From: Blepharisma stoltei ATCC 30299
Taxonomy: Eukaryota; Protista; Ciliophora
Reading direction: 5' to 3'
Assembly (NCBI GenBank): GCA_965603825.1
Contig: CBFDEM010000055.1
Coordinates: 124,001-188,000, forward strand
Length of the DNA stretch: 64,000 nucleotides
This document shows positions 49,039 to 58,864 of this stretch, in pieces; position 1 is the stretch's first letter, and each line of letters begins with the position of its first letter. The notes under the pieces were generated by a model that saw only the letters and a list, made by a program, of their open reading frames with translations, made no database searches and was not told the origin of the DNA. A program made the translations under genes and the position numbers.

Positions 49039-49974
49039 TTATTTATTAGTCTTTAGAGAAGACTCCAACATCTTTCTTGCTAGTTTTCCAAAGAATGGAG
49101 ATAATAGAGGTTTAAAAGAGTTTCCAAATAAATAAAATAGCTGATGTTTCCAATGGCCACTTGTATAGTTTACAGCCCCAAGAGAGTTGCAAGCAGATTC
49201 GACACATTGGTCGACAGTTATAAGCAAAGGCTTTACTTTTATTTTTTGAGCTAATGGCGTATCAACATATCCAGGTCTCAAACTCAGCACATCAATCGAA
49301 GTATTATTGTTTTTTGCCAAATATTTTGCCTCTTCTGCAGTAATTAGCGAAAATAAGTGATCAAAGCTTTTCCCTCCACAATAAATTGCTGACCTTGGAA
49401 ATGGCATCACAGAAATTATAGAGCTCAAATTAATAATTGCACTTCTTTGCTTTCTTGAAACCAAATCGGGCATGTAGAGTCTTGAGAGAAATGCAATTGG
49501 CCATAGATTTAATGCCATAGTGTTCAAAATTTCTCCAGAAGGCAAAAAGTTAAATACTTTAGGTCCAGGACCATATCCAATATTGTTAACTAGGATGCTA
49601 ACATCTAAATCGCGTGTCTGATCTTTAATATCTTTAAAGAAATTCTGTGGATCTTTTGCTGAAAGTGAAAAGTCTTTGATAATGCATCTTGTTTTAATTG
49701 GGAATTTTTCTTCTATAGATTGAGCCAATTTCTTTAGTTTTTCTGGATTTCTTCCTATAAGAATGATATTAAATCCTTGAGAAGCTAAAAATTCAGAAAA
49801 TCCAAGCCCAATTCCATCAGATGCCCCTGTAACTAAAGCCCAGCTGCCACGGCCATATAAAGAGAAATCAGTTTTTGCAAAGAAAGTTTTTAAAGTGTAG
49901 AAAAGATCAAGAATGATTTTGACTAGCGTCCAAACCCCAATGATAAAGCTGAGCCACTCTATAAAGTTTAACAT
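49039..49974 (-). CDS. Short-chain dehydrogenase, HSD17B12/3-oxoacyl-CoA reductase-like, TGG-only copy
   Basis: WALVTGASDGIG, ILVNNIG, YCGGK, PGYVDT. Confidence 0.92.
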   Translation of the reverse strand: MLNFIEWLSFIIGVWTLVKIILDLFYTLKTFFAKTDFSLYGRGSWALVTGASDGIGLGFSEFLASQGFNIILIGRNPEKLKKLAQSIEEKFPIKTRCIIKDFSLSAKDPQNFFKDIKDQTRDLDVSILVNNIGYGPGPKVFNFLPSGEILNTMALNLWPIAFLSRLYMPDLVSRKQRSAIINLSSIISVMPFPRSAIYCGGKSFDHLFSLITAEEAKYLAKNNNTSIDVLSLRPGYVDTPLAQKIKVKPLLITVDQCVESACNSLGAVNYTSGHWKHQLFYLFGNSFKPLLSPFFGKLARKMLESSLKTNK

Positions 49975-50236
49975 TTTTATTATTAAAATGAATAGTTAAG
50001 ATTGTATTCATCAAATAATTAAAAGTCAAAAAAATATTATAATGATGCAAGAAGATTTCAATAAATAAAATTAATGGCATCAAAGCAACACTAATTTTAT
50101 CTTAAAAGTAATTCAATTAAATTTTGCTAATTTAGGGTATTTTTGATATTCTCATGACTATATGCTTTAACTAATTTTTTAAAAAAAGTCAAAAATGCAA
50201 GCCATAACTGTTAATCTGAAATTATTATTTATAAGA

Positions 50237-51037
50237 ATGGATAATCACAAAGAAAACTCAGACTCAGACGCAAATCGACAAAGCAGTGATGCAGCATCAA
50301 CTGATCGCTTATTATTAGAAGGATCTATAGCTACAAAAGAGCGCAAAAAATATGTGCATTGGCAAGTTCGAATAGGTGATTCGCCCGAACAAAAAGTGGT
50401 CATTGAGCTTGACTTTGCATCTTGCCCAAGGACCTGTGAGAATTTCTGGCAAATAGCAAATTCCTATAAAGATCTCAGTTATCGAGGCAGCTTATTTCAC
50501 CGAATTGTACCGAACGGTTATATAGAGGGCGGATTTCTTAACTTATCCGACGGAACAAAGGCAAACTCGTCAATATACGGGACTTATTTTTCAGATGAAA
50601 ACTACTCATACTTGCACGACAAGCCTGGAGTTATAGGAATGAGCAACAGTGGGAAGCACAAGAATGGCAGTGTTTTCTATATCACTTTAAGACCCATGGC
50701 ACATCTAAATGGGAGACTAGTAGGTTTTGGAAGGGTTGTGGAAGGCTTTGATGTAATTAAAGCAATTTCACAAGTGCCTTGTAAAAATCAACGACCTTTG
50801 GTAGCATGCTCTATCCTATCAAGTGGGAATTACTTGAACTCTTTGCCAGACGAAAATAAAACGAGGCTTCACAAGGACCATTTTCAGAGCAAACTAGAAG
50901 CTGCTGATCTAAACACATTAATGAGCAGGAGAGAAGCAATTGTGAAAGAAATTGAAAGTACAAGGGAAGAATTAGAAGAACAGCGAAAATTCAGAGACGT
51001 CATTTCCAATTTAATAGCTGATATGATGGCCTATTAA
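50237..51037 (+). CDS. Cyclophilin-domain protein (PPIL6/radial spoke RSP12-like) with a C-terminal coiled coil
   Basis: CPRTCENF, FHRIVPNGYIEGG, FSDEN, GVIGMSN, NGSVFYITL, FGRVVEG. Start placed at MDNHKE (the alternative is 50195). Confidence 0.85.
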   Translation: MDNHKENSDSDANRQSSDAASTDRLLLEGSIATKERKKYVHWQVRIGDSPEQKVVIELDFASCPRTCENFWQIANSYKDLSYRGSLFHRIVPNGYIEGGFLNLSDGTKANSSIYGTYFSDENYSYLHDKPGVIGMSNSGKHKNGSVFYITLRPMAHLNGRLVGFGRVVEGFDVIKAISQVPCKNQRPLVACSILSSGNYLNSLPDENKTRLHKDHFQSKLEAADLNTLMSRREAIVKEIESTREELEEQRKFRDVISNLIADMMAY

Positions 51038-51049
51038 TAGTAATAAAAA

Positions 51050-52602
51050 TTAATCACAAATATTAGTATTTTCTTCATCAAAAAGACTTGTAGATCGAAA
51101 CCTTGCATCTTTAGAACTCATTTTTGAATAATTTGTCATAGGCACTAATTCAACTGGTACATGCTTGCCTGAAGCGTCTAGTGTAGGATTAAACTCAAGC
51201 ATTATTAGCTCTCTATGATCTTTTGGGTTCATAATATTGGATTTATATTGAGACAGGTTTGGAGAATTTAGATTTGTCGCCATCGGCATCAGACGGTTAG
51301 ATCTCATGCTTGTTATTGATGATGGAGGTTTTGGCATAAATTTAGGGTCCCTTGTGCGTGGCTCACTTCTATATCTTGGTGCTGCTGCTATTTTCTGGAT
51401 TTCAATTTGAGCGTTTGATGTATCACTCAGCATATTTTTCAGGATTTTTTTGCTCTCCCATCAATGTTTGGGGGAACTTAACCGTCTTTTAGGAGTGCTC
51501 TGGACATTTCTTCTGGAGGATCTTGAAATTGCATTCACATCAAAATTGAAGTTTTTCTTATTAATTGCATTTTTTATCAGCTGAAGATAAGGCTTTTGTT
51601 CTTCATTTGATGGAACTTCATCTAGCTGCTCTTGGGAACTTAGATCTGCACTTTCTTCTGTTTCTCCTTGCTTTTCTTCTGTCAACTCAGACTCTCTAAT
51701 CATAGGTGTATTAGGAGCGATTAGAGGTAAAAAAGTTGTTAAAAATAAAATTTTTTCAAACTCTTTTGTAATTAATCAATCTTCAGCATTTTCTTTTAAG
51801 CTCATTGCTGTAAAATTAAATGCTGTTTGCCTCACATTCAAATCGATTTCATGCGATTTTGATAGAAACTTTAGCAACTTCTCTAATAAAGATCTGACAA
51901 CTACTGTTTCCTCAAGCTGCTCAACACCATCTATGCAGAGCTGAATAGCTTGTGTGATATTATTTTCTGCAGCTGCTTTGAGCCCAGCGAGGCCCATTAA
52001 AATCAACCCATATAAGTTCTGAGTACTAAGGGTTGACATTTTCGATACCCTTTCTTTTCTTATGATAGAATTCAAAATTTGGCCTGCAGATTCTAAATAT
52101 CCTGTAGCTTCTTTAAATCTTTTAATTTTTCATAAAGCAACAAAAGTCAGCATGTTAACAGAAATTCCGACATCTGGAAGCAAAATTCCTCCAGTTTCTT
52201 TTAATTTTATGATAGAATTTTGAGCTTGGAATAAAAGTTTGAGTGATTCCTGGTAATGTCCAACCCTCTATAGAAAAATTACTTATGGAAAAATAAAGCC
52301 AAAGCGGTATAAGTAATCAATGAGCCTTGCCAGCATTTGTCTGACTCTATTCCAAATCGTTGAAGGCCATTATCAGCGTCTGATGCTTTTCGAAGCATCT
52401 TTAGAGCATCAGATTGTAAGTTATATTGAAGAAAAATAATGCTTAAAGAGTTGCATAAGGTAATCAGCTTTTTATAGCCCTTGCCTATATCAATGCTGCG
52501 AAATCCAAGCAATTCAGGCAGCCTTTGTGTTTTATTTTCTAAATTGGTAACAATTTCCCAAACTTCAGATAAAGTGTGATACCTCTTCTTTGATTTTTTC
52601 AT
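51050..52602 (-). CDS. Hypothetical helical-repeat (TPR-like) protein; join 52602-52283,52265-51050
   Basis: Four ORFs joined by one 17-nt intron and three TGA-Trp codons. Confidence 0.7.
52266..52282 (-). other. 17-nt intron GTAATTTTTCTATAGAG
   Basis: The only nearby GT-AG choice that restores the frame; A at -6. Confidence 0.6.
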
Positions 52603-52854
52603 TTAAATTGAATTATCATTGACTTAAGGAATTTAAATTATATAAAATTTGATAAAAGAAAGTATTATAAGAATAATTTCAATAGTTATATTAGAATTAG
52701 TCATTAATAAATTGTAGACCAGGCTTTACAAATGATTTTTATGCCTAAAATTTGTTTATTTGAAGTCAAATTAATGACAATTCTCAGTTCGATAACGGAT
52801 TTTATGTTAAAGTCTGACATTTATTTTAGTAAATTATTATAGTAGCCATAATAT

Positions 52855-53529
52855 ATGAATCCAACACAAGTTCTATCAGGGTGAATTATTGATTTATCAG
52901 AAGGCAGAACCTTAAAAAACTCAGCATGCAAAGAGCTAATAAATGAAGCTTTTGAGCCATTAAACAAAACTGGATATTTAGAAAAGCTTGACCAATTTTA
53001 TAACACAATTCGAAATTTATCATATAAAAACAATGAGCCAGTTTACGACCTAAAGCTTCTTGAGCATTTGCTCTTGATTCTGGACTATTGCTTTATTGAT
53101 TCATACAAAATCTGAGCAAGCCATTTTGAAGAATTTTTGCAAAAAGGGTCGTTGTCCACTGAGTCATATACACCAGACTGGAAAAACAATATTTTGAATA
53201 ATGACTCAGAGAATTTTGAGAAAATTCCAGTAAAACAATCAATTCTAAAGCCTGGAGATCGATACTTGCTAGGAAAATCAACTCTAGTAATCACAGAAAT
53301 AAAAGCAAATGGCAATCTATGCTTAGAGTGAAAATCTGTGCATCAAAGCAGCTTTCACAAAATAAACGATTATGATAAAATACTAATGATTGGAAGAGGC
53401 AGGAGTTGCTATTTTCAATTTAACACAGACTACCATATGTCAATGCATCATGCATGAATACACAAAAAGAATGGATTTTGAAAAATATCAGATAATGGCT
53501 CCAGAAATGGTGTTTGAAAATTGATTTAA
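52855..53529 (+). CDS. FHA-domain protein, TGA-rich copy (224 aa; mostly missed by the ORF track)
   Basis: IGRGRSC...MSMHHAW(TGA)I...W(TGA)KISDNGSRNGVW(TGA); collinear with 53670..54383. Confidence 0.85.
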
Positions 53530-53669
53530 TTATTTTTAACCTCACTTTTTTCAATATTCAGAAAATTATCACGCTGGACATTTTTATCCAATAGCTTGAA
53601 TCGAAATAAATTTGTCCATTTTTTATTAATAAAATTGTAAACCATTTTATAAAAATATAAAATCTTCAA

Positions 53670-54383
53670 ATGATAGATCAAGAAATTTTATCAAATTGGC
53701 TTTTCAGCCTTTCAACCTCAGACCCGTTTATTCTTTCACACTCTCAAACACAAATTAAATGCACACTTGAGCAGCTTATCAATCAACCAATTTCTGCTCA
53801 AAATTCAGACTTCTTCAAGAGTATGCTTGAGCTGGCATGCCATAGTCTTGAAGAAACTTGCTACAAATTGAAGCTAATCGAGTGTATTTCACTATTACTT
53901 GATTACTTTTTTATCAACTCATTTAACAACCTGACTTTTCATTTTGAAGAATTTTTGAAGTTCGGCCCAAACATTGATAACAGATCAGTGTGTTCAAAAG
54001 ACACTGCTTCTGATAGTGAAAGCGTAGAAAACGAAGTTCAAATAAAAATTCAAAGTGAAGTTTTGGAAACTGGAAAAGTCTTCCAGATGGGCGATGCCAC
54101 AATGAAAGTCATTGAAGCAAAAGTCGGAGAAGGAGTTATTTTGAACTGGGAGTTGCACAATAAGCAATTTCAATTCAGAGTTTTGGATAATGAAAATAAA
54201 GAATTCAAAATTGGAAGAAGCTCAGATTGTCATCTAAGATTCAAAGATGACTTCAAAATGTCTAAACATCACGCTTTAATTCGAAAAGAAAAAAGTTCGT
54301 GGGTTTTAAGAGATCAGGGATCAAAAAATGGCACTTGGAGGCTATTAGATCATGAAAAGAAATTTCAGCTACAAGTTGTGTAA
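53670..54383 (+). CDS. FHA-domain protein, TGG-only copy
   Basis: IGRSSDC...MSKHHALI...WVLRDQGSKNGTW. Confidence 0.88.
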   Translation: MIDQEILSNWLFSLSTSDPFILSHSQTQIKCTLEQLINQPISAQNSDFFKSMLELACHSLEETCYKLKLIECISLLLDYFFINSFNNLTFHFEEFLKFGPNIDNRSVCSKDTASDSESVENEVQIKIQSEVLETGKVFQMGDATMKVIEAKVGEGVILNWELHNKQFQFRVLDNENKEFKIGRSSDCHLRFKDDFKMSKHHALIRKEKSSWVLRDQGSKNGTWRLLDHEKKFQLQVV

Positions 54384-54739
54384 ATAGATGAACAAAGTAA
54401 AACTACAAAAATTAAAGCAAGATATTTTTTGCTTAAATACAAGTGTTGGAGTTTTGTTATAATTTAACCAACTGTAAATTCAAATAATTCTTGTGTTAAA
54501 AATTAAAAAAAAACTCTGCTAAATATATTCAGTATAGACGACATTTTGAAAGCTAAAATTAGAAAGCTGATAAATTACTTTTATCTTTCAATAAATCTTT
54601 AAACATAATATTTATTTTTTAATAAATAATTTTGTGAAAGAGAAAGTTTAAAGCAAAATTTATAAAGTCTATAAATTTTAATGATTCAATATTATCACAA
54701 GGCATGATAAAATATTTAAATTAACTAATGCTTTATATT

Positions 54740-55258
54740 TTAGATTTTAATATTTTCCTGAATTTTTCTTGCTTTTTGACGATTTACAAGTGCTCTTATT
54801 GACTTTCTGATAAAGCGGTCCTCAACCACATGGAATATTGAGTCTTCAAATCCATCTTCGAATGTCAATCATTTTATCTCGCAATCTCCGCTATCATATC
54901 TATCAAGAATCTGCCAATATTTCCAATTTAAATGTCTGATAAGTTTTTTACAAGGATTTTCTGATGAAAATTTCCGATTAGTATAATTTATAATTTTGTT
55001 ACGACCTTTTAATTGAGCTTTTCTTCTGTTGCAAATATATTCATTTTCAGCTTTTGGAACTGTATCCCATCAATTATAGTAATCTTCTCGTCCATCCCCT
55101 CAGGCTTCACAGCTCCTTTCTGTACTCTTTTTTGTCCTTTTATCACTATTTATCCCAGATAAGGGTCTTCTCATATTGTTTTTACTTTTCCCGGCTCAAT
55201 GCTTTACATCTTTCGCATTTTTCTTTGGCTTTGAATAAGGCACAAAAATTTCATCCAT
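54740..55258 (-). CDS. Hypothetical basic protein (172 aa; absent from the ORF track)
   Basis: ATG at 55258 after an A-rich leader, open to TAA at 54740-54742 with four TGA-Trp codons. Confidence 0.65.
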
Positions 55259-55815
55259 TTTTAAATAAATATGATAAAATAATCAGATTTATTCCGATTA
55301 ATTAAGCTTTGACAGTTTCATTTTTATGGATTTTTTTCATATTTCATGAACTGTTTTAGTTTTGGGTTTTCAATAAACAAAATCTTTATTTTCCAGGGCT
55401 TTATCCATTAGCAATTGCTTTCCATTATATTTACCTCTTGTAATCATCGAAATTTTTTCAATAATTTTTGGAATTTTTGGTGTTTTTAATGCTTCAATAT
55501 ATAGTTCCCAACTTTTAAGCCTAAAATACATGCTGCAGCATCACCAAGATTTCCGGTTTTTATAAAGATTTCAATTTTCTCTTTGATTCTTCTACAAGAA
55601 TTGGCCGAGGTATTCCTGATGTAAAGCTTGAAATTTCAAGCTCAGGCTCTTTATAAATCCCTTTTAAAAATTCATTTAAATGGCACTCTTCAAATGGGCC
55701 AATAAGCAAATCAGACTGAAATGCGCTCAGCATCTTTGCTATAATAGAGAGCTTATATCAGGAATGCTAATTTTTGTTCTGGTTTAACTAGTTCAAAACC
55801 TTCAATAATTATTAT

Positions 55816-57975
55816 ATGATGGTGGACACCTTAAGAAATAAAACAGCTGAGATTTTGAGTAAACCAAACAATCGCGAATTAGAAATAGATTTCAGAACAA
55901 CTTGCTCAGCAATTCAGACCAATTCTTTTGATCCACCACTAATGCAAGCTTACCAAGATTATCTTAATGCTTATCAACAAAAGACATCTCTTTATAATAT
56001 TATAGGAAATAATAAAGACAACATAACCAGTTTAATTATTTATAACACTGAAACTGAAACAGAAGAAGTCAAAACTTTGCAGACTTCAGATTTACTAGGC
56101 ACAAGTACTTGCATAACTCAACTTCCAAATGGCAAGCTGTTCTGTTTTGGGAATTATTATCGGCATTCTGGAATTACAATGCTAATTGATACAAATGGTG
56201 AAGTCGAAGTGCTGCCATCTGGAACTCCTTGCCAATTATCATCATGCATCTATTTCGACAACAGCGTCTATTGCTTTGGAGGATGTACTAATAAATGTAT
56301 TTCAACTCTATCTAGTAGATTCGATTTGGATCTAAACCATTGAATTCATTTAACTCCAATGCAATATCCTGATTTTCGGTGCAGTAGTATAATATTTAAT
56401 GGAAATATTTTGATTTCTAGAATGATAAAGAGAAAACTTTTGTTATACTCAATTGATATTGACTCTTTCTCGATAATTCCTCATAAGTTTAAATGAACTA
56501 CTCAAAAGATCCTGATAAATGCAGAAAGACCATATTTGATTGAATGTCCTGGATTAATCTATGAAAGCGAAATTGGAAGTTACTTGAATTGGAGACAAAT
56601 AGGAAAATCAGCAATCAATCAAAATTTTCATCAAGTGGATCGTTCATATAATAAAGGAGGAATATGCATCTCATTTATATCTGGATCACTTAAAGAATAT
56701 TATTGTTTTAATTTAAATCAAAAAACCTTTATTGATTTTGCTTACTATAATGAGCATGTTTCACTTAGAAAAGTAGGCAAAAAGATTGAAGCAATAGAAT
56801 GAAATATTCAGAGTTTTAAGCTCGATCCTTATTTTCTGGATGAATGAGGTATAAAAGGCAATACTCTACACTGTTTAGGACAAAATCTAGAAAAAATCGA
56901 ACTCTCTGACGAAAGAATCAAGTTCGATCCTTCCAACATTGATGCAATAATTTGTAAGGGCGAAGCTTTTCATGATTTAGAAAGATATCTAGAAGCAATC
57001 GACTGCTATGATGAAGGAATCAAAATCGATACATACGGCGATGCTTATTTGTACTATAGCAAAGGCAAAGCTTTAGATAAATTAAAAAGATATCTTGAAG
57101 CAATCGAATATTATGACAGAGCAATCAAAATCAATTCAAAGAATGCTGAATTTTACAATAATAAAGGCAACGCTCTTTTTGATTTAGAAAGATATCTTGA
57201 AGCAATCGAATGCTATGACAAAGCAATCAAGCTCAATCCAAAAAATGCTGATTTTTACTATAATAAAGGCAACGCTCTTTATGGTTTGCAAAAATACCTA
57301 GAAGCAATCGAATTTTATGATGAAGCAATTAAGCTCAATCAAAGCAATGCTGACTTTTACTATTATAAAGGCAAATCTTTTTATGGTTTGCAAAGATACC
57401 TAGAAGCAATCGAATGCTATGACGAAGCAAGCAAGTACCTTCCATCCAAAGCTGATATTTATAATCATAAAGGCACAGCTTTTTTTGATTTAGAAAGATA
57501 TCTAGAAGCAGTCGAGTGCTTTGATAAAGCAATCAAACTCGATCCAAACAATGCTGATTTTTACTATAAGAAAGGATGCTCTTTATATAAATTAGGAAGT
57601 TATCCAGAAGCAGTAGAAAGGTATGATGAAGCAATCAAAATCAATCCAAATAAAGCCAAGTTTTATAGTGGTAGAGGCAATACTCTTTATATTTTAGAGA
57701 GATGTCAAGAAGCAATACAATGCTATGATGAGGCAAACAAACTTGAGCCCGATAATCCTTTGCATTTCTACTGCCGAGCTAAAGTATTTAATAATCTTAG
57801 ACAAGAAGAAGCTGCTTTGCAGGACTTTAATAGGGCTTATCATTTGAAGCAAGAAAATCAAGAAGGTGGTGCTTTCAATAAGAATGAATGGAACCTTTCT
57901 GAAAAAGATATCAATTTTATTAATGACGTATTAGGCCGAGACCGTATTGAACTACTCCGAAAAATGCAGATTTAA
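55816..57975 (+). CDS. Kelch-like beta-propeller plus TPR-array protein (719 aa)
   Basis: Three ORFs in one frame joined by four TGAs; LPNGKLFCFG and SVYCFGG blades, followed by about 9 TPRs (YNNKGNAL..LERYLEAIECYDKAIKLNP). Confidence 0.85.
56940..57790 (+). repeat. 102-bp tandem coding repeats (TPR units)
   Basis: GAAGCAATCGAA recurs at 57097, 57199, 57301 and 57403, with variants at 57505, 57607 and 57709. Confidence 0.9.
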
Positions 57976-58864
57976 ATAAAATTTGATTATTAGATTATTA
58001 TTAGTTCAAAATTTTCAATTCCAGGGTTTGTATCCAAAATATTTTAAATACCAGACAGTTTTCACATGCTTCCGCCGAGCTCAAAAGAAAAATTAATTAA
58101 ATTCAATGCTAAGTGTGTAAAATCCCTTAGGGAAATACTCATTTTGAGCCTCAATATCAAATTCCAATTGTTTCTTCAGGTCAAGAATGTTTATTTTTAT
58201 TAGCATCGCTATTTCTTAAATGCGTAACAAAAAATGGTCAGTGGCGAGCGTCCTGTCTTTTGTCTTTATGTATATCTGGATTTGGTTGTTTGGTGCAGAG
58301 AACTTCCCAAGGGTGGTTAACTTTGAAGAGAGATGCCCAGCACTATTTCTGCTGATTAGTAACTTCCATCAATAGCAAATTTGTGACATCGGCATGCAAA
58401 TTTTTATCAATTTTGATCATGGAATCGTAGCCAATAATTTCTAGACAAAAATTCTAGAGCTTTATGAACAAATGGATTGATTGCTATTTATCCTTTCAGA
58501 CTCAATATTTGGAATATGAAAACTTATCGAAGCATACTCTCAGCAAGATGGACAAGCTCAGCTTTTATTTTCCATTTTTATATTACTTATAATTATTCTA
58601 TCGGAGAAGATTATATACTGGTACAATGTAAACGGTTATTAATTTAGTTAGGATACTTGTTATTTAAAAATTTTAATGAAAAAATTTAATTAATTTTTAA
58701 GCTATCTATCTTCTTGGGGCATTAAATCAAACAAATTAATGTTACGGCCTTTTAAAGATCTTAATATGGAAATCAATTATTCTAAGCACTGGGTTTTGCA
58801 ATCATGAGATGGAAAATAAATCATGATAAAATTTAATTAATAAAATTAAAATAATTTATTTGCG

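Noticed and set aside
12010-50236. Upstream extensions given by the ORF track (13578, 26540, 31334, 50195)
   Set aside because: They start at a non-ATG codon or run through AT-rich UTR-like DNA; downstream ATGs fit the family N-termini better.
56940-57790. Regular repeat array as a CRISPR-like or non-coding satellite
   Set aside because: The 102-bp period equals 34-aa TPR units within an open frame.
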